Shown here: positions 8,348-16,563 of the stretch, one piece after another | Layout of the letters: each line of letters begins with the position of its first letter | How positions within the stretch are numbered: position 1 is the stretch's first letter | Origin: Gammaproteobacteria bacterium | GTDB lineage: Bacteria; Pseudomonadota; Gammaproteobacteria; HTCC5015 | Direction of reading: 5' to 3' | Length of the DNA: 24,000 bases | Assembly (NCBI GenBank): GCA_013817245.1 | Contig: JACDDA010000003.1 | Location: 233,039 to 257,038 of the forward strand | Position numbers and translations under genes: made by a program | Notes under the pieces: model-generated | Told to the model about the DNA's origin: nothing | Seen by the model: the letters and a program-made list of their open reading frames with translations, nothing else | Database searches by the model: none

Positions 8348-11300
8348 ATGGCGGCGTCTGTAAACATCAAAGAATTAAACCAATTACTTGATGCCGTTCT
8401 AGATGGTGAACTAGCCCTTGAAGAAGCCGAGATCACTGTCACTGGTTGGTTAAACCGTCATCCCGAACAAGCAGAAGCTTATCTTGCGTATGTTCAGTCT
8501 TATCATCAACAACATCCCTTGCCGGATGCTGCGTTTGAATGTTTCACACGCGCATTAGAAAACACCATTCAGCGCCGAGAAGTAGCTAATGATGACGACA
8601 TTACACGCTTATTAGAACAGCCGGAAAATCTCAAAGCACTGCTACTTAACAATAACCCTGACCAATTAAAAACTTTATTTGGCGGCGACTCGACGCATTT
8701 TGATTTAAATACGATTACCCGCGAACGCGCCACCCATACACAAACACAACCCAACTCCCAGCTTACCGACAGTGGCAGCGTTAAAGCAGGCGATCCAACG
8801 ACGTTGATTTCCGATACCAATTTAAGACGCCATAGCGTTAATCTTGAACGCGGCATGGTAGGACCCGGTTCGACACTTAAAGATCGTTTTGTATTAATTC
8901 GATCGATCGGTGAAGGCGGCATGGGTGTCGTTTACAAAGCCAAAGATTTACTTAAAGTAGAAGCTCACGATCGCAATCCGTATGTTGCGATTAAAGTTTT
9001 ATCACGAGCTTTTCGTTCGCATCAAAATGCTTTTATTTCTTTGCAGCGCGAAGCGAGTAAAGCGCAACGTTTAGCGCATCCCAATATCGGTACGGTTTAC
9101 GATTTCGATCGCGAAGACGATACGATTTATATGACCATGGAGTTATTAGAAGGCACCGAACTTAAAGACTATATTAAACAGTTACCCGTGGATGGCTTAA
9201 GTTTTACAGAAGCCTTTCCGTTAATTGAAGGCATGTCAAATGCACTCGCTTATGCGCATCAAAATAGTTTAATTCACTCGGACTTCAAACCCGGCAATGT
9301 ATTTTTAACGAAAGACGATCACATCAAAGTTATCGACTTCGGTATCGCACGCGCCTCGACTACGCGCAATGCTGAAGGCGAACAAACCGTTTTTGACCCA
9401 GGTCAACTGGGCGCATTAACGCCTGCGTATGCCACTCAAGAAATGTTTGAAGGTCAAAACCCACATCCTAGCGATGATGTTTATGCACTAGGCTGTACGA
9501 GTTATGAATTATTAACCGGTAAACATCCCTACGGAAAATTATCGGCGCCTAAAGCTAAAGAAAAAAATCTCAAACCATTCCGGATTGAAAACAAAAAACT
9601 GACCTCTCGCCAAAAGAAAACCTTGCTGCGCGCGGTAGCGATTAATCGTCAAGACCGCATTCAAAGTATTGATGAATTTATTGAAGGTATACGTCCGCAC
9701 CCCTCGTTCATCATGCCTATTGCCGCTGCTGCTGCATTAATTATTATCTTGCTGGGTTGGGTCGGTTCACTGACTGTTAACAACTATCTCGACAATCAGC
9801 TCCTTATGGCTTTACAAGCAGAAGACGATCTTACCGTCCAAAAAGCGTTAAATGAATTGTTAGCTATGCCCAGCGGCAAATCCCAATTAGCGATTGCTCA
9901 AACCAGTCGCGATAGCATCATGCGTTATTTTGAAACACGCATTGATAATGCCGTTGATCCGCTTAATAACAAGTATGATTATCCCACCGCTGAAAAATTG
10001 CTGGCGCAAGCGAATCGGTTATATGCTGATTCTTCCGTGATTGCTTCGCAGCAAAGTTCTTTAACCACGAGTAAAAATCTACTGCTCCACGAATTAAGTG
10101 AACGTCTAGATCGTGCCTTAAATCAAATACAACTCTTGCCCGATACCAATGCCGACAATATTCCCAAGATTCTGGACATGCTGCAACAGATTGCACCGCA
10201 GCATCCATTGCGTAATGACGAGCGCATAAGCTTAGCGTATGCAAAAGCCACTGAACAAACACTGGCCGCCAACTTACCGGAGCGCGCTAATAACTTATTA
10301 CAAATGGGCTTAAAGTATTTTCCTAATAACGGTCGCTTACAAAATCTTGCCGACCAAACCAATATCGAAACTCGCAAAAATACTGTCGCCAACAACATTG
10401 TTGATTTAGAAAAAACTTTACAGCCGCAACTCGCCACTTTTTCTACTTTAAAAACTGCGCAAGCCCTCGCCGACGCCGTGTTCGCATTACGCCAGCTTGC
10501 GCCACAACACGATTTATTAGCGCGCATTGACGCGCAAATAGAACCTGTATTTAAAACCACACTTAATGAATTTATTAAACAGAAAAACTGGTCATCTGCC
10601 GAAAAATTATTCAACGATAACGCTTTATTATTATCTCCCCTATTTTTAAATGCACACAGACAACAGCTCACACAAGCCGGCAGCAGCGACAATCCGCTTG
10701 CCAACAGTTTACAAACACAGCTATATAAACAGTTAGCATTTGCAGACATTAAAGATTATAGCTGGCATCAAAAAATCGTGGTTGCGCATCACCAACTCAC
10801 TGCCACACTGCCCTTTCAATCAGCCGCCATTCAAAAAATCAATGCGGATATCGCTGCTACTTATATAACAATCGCTAAAAAAATAACCAATCAACATCGC
10901 CATTTCTTAGCTCATGAAATTTTACGTTCTGGCACATTATTTTTAACGGCACAAAACAGTTTGCAAAAAGCCGATGAAGATATTCGCCAAATCCAAATAG
11001 CCTACCAAGCCGAACTCGCTAATCGCGAACGCTTAGCCAAAATAGCCGCTGCCAAACAAAGCTTATTAATCCAAGCAGAGGCCGAAAAAATTGATAAAGC
11101 ATTAACGACTTATCAACAATTAAAAAAAGAACTACCGCAGAACGACAAATTTTTAACCGAGGCTGCGCCTCAAGCGTTAATTAACGTCTTCCTCATCACA
11201 GCAAATCGCGCGATTAACGAGAAAAGAATTAATGAAGCGGAATCTATACTGACGCGTGGTTTAGCTACGTTTCCTGACAATGCTGCATTAAAGACCGCCA

Positions 11301-12523
11301 AAGCTAATTTAAAAGCTCAACTGATTATCGCCGACTTAACTGATTTGTTTGACACGGCCAGCATCCTTACCTTAGATACTATTCGTGAAAAGATTGCCTT
11401 TTTAACGCGTACTACACCCGAGCGCATCGACGCATTGAATCAAGAGTTTAGTGAACGCTTAGCGCGCCGCATAAAAACACTCGAAGCCACGAACCTGCGT
11501 GCAGCGCATGCATTACGTCAACAAGGCTTACAGTTATGGCCCGAAAACAAGGCGCTCCAAAAAGTGGTTCTGCCACCATTACCTAAACCTTCTATTTTTG
11601 CCGCCGACGGTATTAATAAAGCTGAAAATGGATTCATTACAGAAGCCAAAAGTTTGTTACGACAAGCAGAAGTCAAAGAACCTAGACATCCTGATATCAT
11701 GCAACTCAAAACTTTATTGCAACAAAAAACTACTCAAGCGCAAGCAAGCGCACAAGAAGCGCGCCGTGCTTTACAAAATTTTGATTATGCAAGAGCCAGT
11801 GTTGCAATTAATAATGCGGTTGATATGTGGAAAGATCACACAGAATTTAAAGATTTGAAAAAACGCATTGATACCTTCATGCAAAAAATTGCCGCTGGCG
11901 CACGTTTATGCAGCGATAGAATGATGAGTTATGGTCAAGATGATCGCGCCGGTTGTTATGATCTATTATCGAACAACACACGTGCATTACAACTCGTGGT
12001 AATCCCTCCCTTTGCTATAGGCCAACCCGCCTATGCCATGAGTAAATATGAAATCTCCAACGCGGAACTCGATTTGTTTTGCGAAGCGTCCGGACAATGT
12101 AAAGTCGGCGATAATGCCACGCAACCTGCAACGCAAGTCACGCCCCAAATCGCTCAGGCTTACGCAAACTGGTTATCGGAAGAAACTGGATTTACTTATC
12201 GTCTGCCGACAGTGAGCGAATGGCAACACGCTGCTAATGCGGGCGGGCGCGAAGCCAATAGCGACTATAATTGCAAACTGCGCGCAGGCAAGCAACTTAT
12301 CAAACGCCCAGCCTTACTCAATACCAGCTTCGGCAAAGCTAATCGTTGGGGTGTTGTTAATTATGTTGGCAATGCGCAAGAATTAGCGGGTAGTGGTAAC
12401 AGCTGGCAAACTTTAGGCGGGCATTACCAAGACACCATGTCTAATTGCAATACACAGTTGAGTCGCAATTATAGTGGCCCAAATGCATTAACTGGCTTTC
12501 GCTTAATCCGCGAACTTAACTAA
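8348..12523 (+). CDS. Bitopic Hanks-type Ser/Thr protein kinase with a long TPR-like extracytoplasmic region and a C-terminal FGE-sulfatase (SUMF1-like) domain
   Basis: Kinase domain at about 8888-9700: Gly loop GEGGMGVVYKA, VAIKVL, catalytic loop HSDFKPGN, DFGIAR, TPAYATQE. Single TM segment FIMPIAAAAALIIILLGWVGSLTV (about 9706-9777). Repeated A..LL..GL..FP.N..L motifs. C-terminal YRLPTVSEWQHAANAGG ... NRWGVVNYVGNAQE ... LTGFRLIREL is typical of FGE-sulfatase domains. Confidence 0.9.
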   Translation: MAASVNIKELNQLLDAVLDGELALEEAEITVTGWLNRHPEQAEAYLAYVQSYHQQHPLPDAAFECFTRALENTIQRREVANDDDITRLLEQPENLKALLLNNNPDQLKTLFGGDSTHFDLNTITRERATHTQTQPNSQLTDSGSVKAGDPTTLISDTNLRRHSVNLERGMVGPGSTLKDRFVLIRSIGEGGMGVVYKAKDLLKVEAHDRNPYVAIKVLSRAFRSHQNAFISLQREASKAQRLAHPNIGTVYDFDREDDTIYMTMELLEGTELKDYIKQLPVDGLSFTEAFPLIEGMSNALAYAHQNSLIHSDFKPGNVFLTKDDHIKVIDFGIARASTTRNAEGEQTVFDPGQLGALTPAYATQEMFEGQNPHPSDDVYALGCTSYELLTGKHPYGKLSAPKAKEKNLKPFRIENKKLTSRQKKTLLRAVAINRQDRIQSIDEFIEGIRPHPSFIMPIAAAAALIIILLGWVGSLTVNNYLDNQLLMALQAEDDLTVQKALNELLAMPSGKSQLAIAQTSRDSIMRYFETRIDNAVDPLNNKYDYPTAEKLLAQANRLYADSSVIASQQSSLTTSKNLLLHELSERLDRALNQIQLLPDTNADNIPKILDMLQQIAPQHPLRNDERISLAYAKATEQTLAANLPERANNLLQMGLKYFPNNGRLQNLADQTNIETRKNTVANNIVDLEKTLQPQLATFSTLKTAQALADAVFALRQLAPQHDLLARIDAQIEPVFKTTLNEFIKQKNWSSAEKLFNDNALLLSPLFLNAHRQQLTQAGSSDNPLANSLQTQLYKQLAFADIKDYSWHQKIVVAHHQLTATLPFQSAAIQKINADIAATYITIAKKITNQHRHFLAHEILRSGTLFLTAQNSLQKADEDIRQIQIAYQAELANRERLAKIAAAKQSLLIQAEAEKIDKALTTYQQLKKELPQNDKFLTEAAPQALINVFLITANRAINEKRINEAESILTRGLATFPDNAALKTAKANLKAQLIIADLTDLFDTASILTLDTIREKIAFLTRTTPERIDALNQEFSERLARRIKTLEATNLRAAHALRQQGLQLWPENKALQKVVLPPLPKPSIFAADGINKAENGFITEAKSLLRQAEVKEPRHPDIMQLKTLLQQKTTQAQASAQEARRALQNFDYARASVAINNAVDMWKDHTEFKDLKKRIDTFMQKIAAGARLCSDRMMSYGQDDRAGCYDLLSNNTRALQLVVIPPFAIGQPAYAMSKYEISNAELDLFCEASGQCKVGDNATQPATQVTPQIAQAYANWLSEETGFTYRLPTVSEWQHAANAGGREANSDYNCKLRAGKQLIKRPALLNTSFGKANRWGVVNYVGNAQELAGSGNSWQTLGGHYQDTMSNCNTQLSRNYSGPNALTGFRLIRELN

Positions 12524-12535
12524 AGGAATAATTTC

Positions 12536-13147
12536 ATGAGCAGAGCAGGTCTTCCTGAATCTAACTTACGCAAACTCGCTATCGCTTACGCCAGCGGTAA
12601 AGTTGATCGCGAAAATTATCGTAAACTTCGCACAAGACAATTAAGCGCTTTAGATTTTGATAAAGCGTTGCCCGATTTACCAGATGAAATTGCCGCGATT
12701 GGTGTGCCCTCTGTAAAAGTAGATGCACCGAAAAATGCTGGCGGCAATCTTCTTAAAGGGCGTTCTCTAAAAACAATTGTCATGGCAATAGCGGCGATTG
12801 TATTAGTAGGCATCGTCGGAATATATTTTACGGGCGACAATAAAAAATCAAATGAACAAACACAAAATACGCAGAAAATTGATTTAGCCGTAGAAGCCCA
12901 AAAATTAATTCAAAAGCCCGAATGGACTAATAGTGACATGGGATATTTTAAACGTCTTTGGGATAGCCAAGAAGCACAAGAATTAACCACTGCTCGAGAA
13001 AGCCGCTGGTTTGCAGACTTAGAAAGAGATATCGTACGGCGCATTAATGAAAATAAACAATTAATGCAAACCGCCGAAGATAGTGAAGCGGTACAAAAAC
13101 AATTAACTGATTTGCGTTTGTTCTACGCACAGCTCGCGACGGAATAA
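12536..13147 (+). CDS. Hypothetical bitopic membrane protein, likely translationally linked to the kinase
   Basis: Starts 12 nt after the kinase stop, with AAGGA 9 nt upstream. One TM segment IVMAIAAIVLVGIVGIYF, an N-terminal cytoplasmic part of about 80 aa and a C-terminal helical part of about 100 aa. No recognisable family. Confidence 0.7.
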   Translation: MSRAGLPESNLRKLAIAYASGKVDRENYRKLRTRQLSALDFDKALPDLPDEIAAIGVPSVKVDAPKNAGGNLLKGRSLKTIVMAIAAIVLVGIVGIYFTGDNKKSNEQTQNTQKIDLAVEAQKLIQKPEWTNSDMGYFKRLWDSQEAQELTTARESRWFADLERDIVRRINENKQLMQTAEDSEAVQKQLTDLRLFYAQLATE

Positions 13148-13155
13148 ATTACCTA

Positions 13156-13188
13156 AGCTGTTCTCAATCGTTGAGAACAGCTGCTTTT
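13156..13188 (+). terminator. Rho-independent terminator closing the phosphatase-kinase operon
   Basis: agctgttctcaa-tcg-ttgagaacagct (perfect 12-bp stem), followed by gctttt. Confidence 0.8.
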
Positions 13189-13382
13189 AAGTACACACGA
13201 AATAAATCAAATGTTCTTTTTCTTCGATTAACCTGTGTCCGCAAGACCGTTACCCTAAGCTTAAAGCCCATCACAATAAAATCTAAACCTGTATCTCCCC
13301 AGATCGGCGAGATTGTGCCTTGGCTCGCCCGCTTGGTCGGTGTTAGAGTCGGCCTATACCTTATATATAGAAGAGCTTACTT

Positions 13383-14204
13383 ATGTCAGCCGATGCATGG
13401 ATACGCTTAATATGTTTCAGCGGTGTTTTCAGTCTACTGTTGATTTTAGAACGGTACTGGCCGCAGCGTCGCAAAACGGTGGCCGCATCCTTCAGATACG
13501 GAGCACGCTGGTTCAACAATCTCGGTTTATTGTTATTAAATAGCATCCTGCTGCGCGCGTTGACCGTCGTGGCAACATTAAGCAGTGCTTTATGGGCTAC
13601 TCAACATCAATGGGGACTATTCAATCTGATCAGCTTGCCCGTGTTGGTCAAAACCTTGATCACCTTGATAATATTGGATCTGCTTATTTATGCTCAGCAC
13701 CGACTCATGCACAGCTGGCCACTGTTGTGGCAACTCCACCAAATTCATCACAGCGACATTGATCTCGATCTCACTACCGGCGGCCGCTTTCATCCACTTG
13801 AAATAGGATTGTCGATTTTGCTGCAATCGGTCGTCATCGTTTTATTAGGACTTAATGTTGTCGGCGTTTTAGCCTATGGAATCTTGCTCAATGCATTTGC
13901 CCTCTTCGTGCACGCCAATCTCCGTTTAAATTCTAAACTGGATGCCGGCTTACGACGAATAGTGATTACGCCTGATTTACATCGCATCCATCATTCACAA
14001 ATTGTGCATGAAACTAACAGCAATTACGGCACGATACTCAGCGGCTGGGATCGGTTGTTTAAGAGTTACCGTGCTACTGCGCAACAAGCGCCTGCCGATA
14101 TTGACATTGGCCTGACCCAATATCCACACAACTTAAGCCTGCTAGCATTATTGTTATTACCTTGGCGGACGCATGCCAGATCCAATTCCAAACACTCAAC
14201 GTAA
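13383..14204 (+). CDS. Fatty acid hydroxylase / sterol desaturase superfamily integral membrane di-iron protein
   Basis: Multi-TM protein with the three His boxes of the family: HRLMH, HQIHHSD, HRIHHS. It also has the RFHPLE motif. Confidence 0.85.
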   Translation: MSADAWIRLICFSGVFSLLLILERYWPQRRKTVAASFRYGARWFNNLGLLLLNSILLRALTVVATLSSALWATQHQWGLFNLISLPVLVKTLITLIILDLLIYAQHRLMHSWPLLWQLHQIHHSDIDLDLTTGGRFHPLEIGLSILLQSVVIVLLGLNVVGVLAYGILLNAFALFVHANLRLNSKLDAGLRRIVITPDLHRIHHSQIVHETNSNYGTILSGWDRLFKSYRATAQQAPADIDIGLTQYPHNLSLLALLLLPWRTHARSNSKHST

Positions 14205-14259
14205 ATACTAATACGCGAAATTATTTTATCAATACTCACATTACCTAAAAGAGAACATC

Positions 14260-15219
14260 ATGCGCGCCATGCTGCCTTTATTACAAGCAACTGATTTTCC
14301 TAAGATCCGTCGGCAATCGTTACAGACCTTACAAGTCAATCTTGGTTATCGTTGCAATCAAGCGTGTTTTCATTGTCATGTAAATGCTGGCCCCACACGC
14401 ACCGAAGCCATGGACAGCGACACCATTAATACCGTGCTAAGGTTTATCGAACAACACAACATTACCACCTTAGACATCACTGGCGGCGCACCCGAATTAC
14501 ATCCACAATTTCGTGAACTAGTCAGCGCTGCACGCACACGCAATGTGCATGTCATTGATCGTTGCAATCTCACTGTTCTATTAGAACCGGATCAAAGCGA
14601 TACCGCTGCTTTTCTTGCGCAGCAGAAAGTTGAAATTGTTGCTTCATTACCTTGTTATCTAGAAAGCAATGTCGATGAACAGCGTGGCGATGGCGTATTT
14701 CAAAAAAGTGTAGAGGCTTTACATTTGCTCAACAAATTAGGTTACGGCATGCTCAATAGCAGTCTAACTTTAAATTTAGTTTACAATCCTATCGGCGCTT
14801 ACCTACCATCCGCACAAGAAAATCTAGAAATAGATTACAAACGCGAACTTCAAGCTCGTTACAACATTCATTTTAATCATCTATTTGCCTTAACCAATAT
14901 GCCCATTGCACGATTTGGCAGTACTTTAGTAACACAAGGTAAATTTGAAGAATACATGACACTGCTAAAAAATGCTTATCAAGCCAGCAACTTAGATAAT
15001 CTAATGTGTCGTTCGTTAATCAGCATTGACTACCAAGGTTATGTTTACGATTGCGATTTTAACCAAATGCTCGGCATAGGCTTAGGAGCAAGCAATAAAC
15101 TTCGAACCCACATTCGAGAATTACTCGATCACAATCTAAACGACACACCGATTGCAATTGCCGATCATTGTTATGGCTGTACTGCGGGTCAAGGTAGCAG
15201 TTGCGGCGGCGCACTTTAA
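14260..15219 (+). CDS. Radical SAM / Cys-rich C-terminal domain protein (ArsS-like family)
   Basis: CNQACFHCH (CxxxCxxC, 14353-14376) near the N-terminus, and a GGAPEL SAM-binding-like motif. The C-terminal Cys-rich tail is CRSLISIDYQGYVYDCDFN ... DHCYGCTAGQGSSCGGAL. Confidence 0.88.
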   Translation: MRAMLPLLQATDFPKIRRQSLQTLQVNLGYRCNQACFHCHVNAGPTRTEAMDSDTINTVLRFIEQHNITTLDITGGAPELHPQFRELVSAARTRNVHVIDRCNLTVLLEPDQSDTAAFLAQQKVEIVASLPCYLESNVDEQRGDGVFQKSVEALHLLNKLGYGMLNSSLTLNLVYNPIGAYLPSAQENLEIDYKRELQARYNIHFNHLFALTNMPIARFGSTLVTQGKFEEYMTLLKNAYQASNLDNLMCRSLISIDYQGYVYDCDFNQMLGIGLGASNKLRTHIRELLDHNLNDTPIAIADHCYGCTAGQGSSCGGAL

Positions 15220-15223
15220 TGCT

Positions 15224-15901
15224 ATGAAATTATCGATCATCATTCCCACACTCAATGAAGCCGCGCGCATTCAACACACGCTTCAATCACTGCAAACATT
15301 ACGTGGCACATATGCTGAAATTATTCTGGTTGATGGCGGCAGCAACGACAACACGCTCATGCTTGCGCAGTCCTTATGCGATTATACAATCAGCAGCGCA
15401 CGCGGACGCGCACAACAAATGAACGCCGGCGCTGCCATTGCTACGGGTGATGTTTTATTATTTTTACATGCCGATACACAATTGCCTACGAACGCACTCG
15501 CTATACTTCAGCAGCACGAACAATCTCTAAGCTGGGGGCGTTTTGACATCCGCTTAAGCGGACAACATTTTTTATTTCGCATTATCGAGCGAATGATCAA
15601 TTCGCGCTCTCGACTGACAGGCATTGCCACCGGCGATCAAGCTATTTTTGTAACACGTGAATTATTTTTTCGTAGCGGTGCTTACCCTGCACTTCCGCTC
15701 ATGGAGGATATTGCTTTAAGTCGCACATTGCGGCAACACAATAAACCCTTATGTTTACGCGACACTGTCATTAGCGATAGCCGCTATTGGGAAACCCATG
15801 GCATCATCAGAACCGTATGCCGCATGTGGTATTTACGGCTAGCTTATTTTTGCGGCGTATCTTCCGAAAAATTAGTTCGTCAGTATTATCGTAATACTTA
15901 A
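15224..15901 (+). CDS. Family-2 glycosyltransferase-like protein (the type described as rSAM/selenodomain-associated transferase 2)
   Basis: MKLSIIIPTLNEA...EIILVDGGSNDNT...LFLHADT is a GT2 N-terminal Rossmann/DxD-like pattern. ATG 15224 lies 4 nt after the rSAM stop. The track's start at 15152 overlaps the rSAM gene and is unlikely. Confidence 0.85.
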   Translation: MKLSIIIPTLNEAARIQHTLQSLQTLRGTYAEIILVDGGSNDNTLMLAQSLCDYTISSARGRAQQMNAGAAIATGDVLLFLHADTQLPTNALAILQQHEQSLSWGRFDIRLSGQHFLFRIIERMINSRSRLTGIATGDQAIFVTRELFFRSGAYPALPLMEDIALSRTLRQHNKPLCLRDTVISDSRYWETHGIIRTVCRMWYLRLAYFCGVSSEKLVRQYYRNT

Positions 15902-15906
15902 ATCGA

Positions 15907-16563
15907 ATGCCAGAAAATAATTCCACACAATTATTGATCTTTACTAAAGCCCCTATACCCGGCCAGGTAAAAACGCGTTTAATCCCTGCATTAAGCGCGG
16001 CAGCAGCGGCTGAACTGCATATAAAATTACTTGCCCACACCTTAGAACAAGTTAAAACTCTCACATGGCGCAAACAACTTTGGTGCGCGCCCGATACACA
16101 ACACCCACTATTTGCGACTTATCAACAACAATTCAACGTATCCTTACATCAACAAATAGGTGAAGATTTGGGTGCGCGCATGCAACATGCATTTGCCACC
16201 GCCTTTAAACAAGCAGAACAAGTCATCATCATTGGCAGCGATTGCCCCGCGATTGATCACCAATATCTAGTCGAAGCACAACAAAGCCTGAACCATAAAA
16301 CGCCCGTAGTATTAGGTCCTGCTGAAGACGGCGGATATGTATTGATAGGCCTCCAACGCACCGACCCCGCGAAACTGCAAAAAACTTTTACTGCACTGTT
16401 TAACGAGATGCCATGGAGTCAACCGAACTTGCTGCGCTTAACCATTAACCAACTGCATACAGCCAATATTGGCTGCCAGTGCCTGACAACAAAACGAGAC
16501 GTTGATACCCTGGACGACCTTGCCTGGTTAACAAGGCAACACTCGCTATTATTAAGTCAGTGA
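15907..16563 (+). CDS. DUF2064 family protein (CofC/MobA-like nucleotidyltransferase fold; the type described as rSAM/selenodomain-associated transferase 1)
   Basis: LLIFTKAPIPGQVKTRL...IIIGSDCPAID...VLGPAEDGGYVLIGL are the hallmark DUF2064 motifs. It starts 5 nt after the GT2 stop. Confidence 0.85.
   Translation: MPENNSTQLLIFTKAPIPGQVKTRLIPALSAAAAAELHIKLLAHTLEQVKTLTWRKQLWCAPDTQHPLFATYQQQFNVSLHQQIGEDLGARMQHAFATAFKQAEQVIIIGSDCPAIDHQYLVEAQQSLNHKTPVVLGPAEDGGYVLIGLQRTDPAKLQKTFTALFNEMPWSQPNLLRLTINQLHTANIGCQCLTTKRDVDTLDDLAWLTRQHSLLLSQ

Noticed and set aside
10123-10749. 208-aa Cys-rich ORF antisense to the kinase gene; similar antisense or alternate-frame ORFs at 8569-8922, 9963-10262, 11499-11858, 11518-11709
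   Set aside because: These ORFs lie entirely inside a well-supported CDS. Their low-complexity Cys/Ser/Ala composition is typical of the reverse frame of Ala/Leu/Gln-rich coding sequence. They have no RBS.
7581-12523. PpkA/PppA-type T6SS post-translational regulators, or regulators of the nearby T2SS
   Set aside because: The window contains no FHA-domain, Fha1 or tss/hcp/vgrG genes. The kinase operon ends in a strong terminator, and a separate four-gene operon lies between it and gspC. Proximity alone does not support a T2SS link.
13171-13546. Small ORFs (79, 76 and 61 aa) around the start of the hydroxylase gene
   Set aside because: They overlap each other and the hydroxylase CDS. They have no RBS or recognisable motifs and their composition looks like intergenic or out-of-frame sequence.
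14260-15219. Selenocysteine recoding (in-frame TGA plus SECIS) in the rSAM gene
   Set aside because: The ORF is uninterrupted and ends at TAA. The relevant position is a TGC Cys codon.
15152-15223. Longer GT2 ORF starting at 15152 and overlapping the rSAM gene by 68 nt
   Set aside because: The extension (MQLPIIVMAVLRVKVAVAAAHFNA) is merely the out-of-frame reading of the rSAM C-terminus. The family-typical N-terminus MKLSIIIPTLNE starts at ATG 15224.
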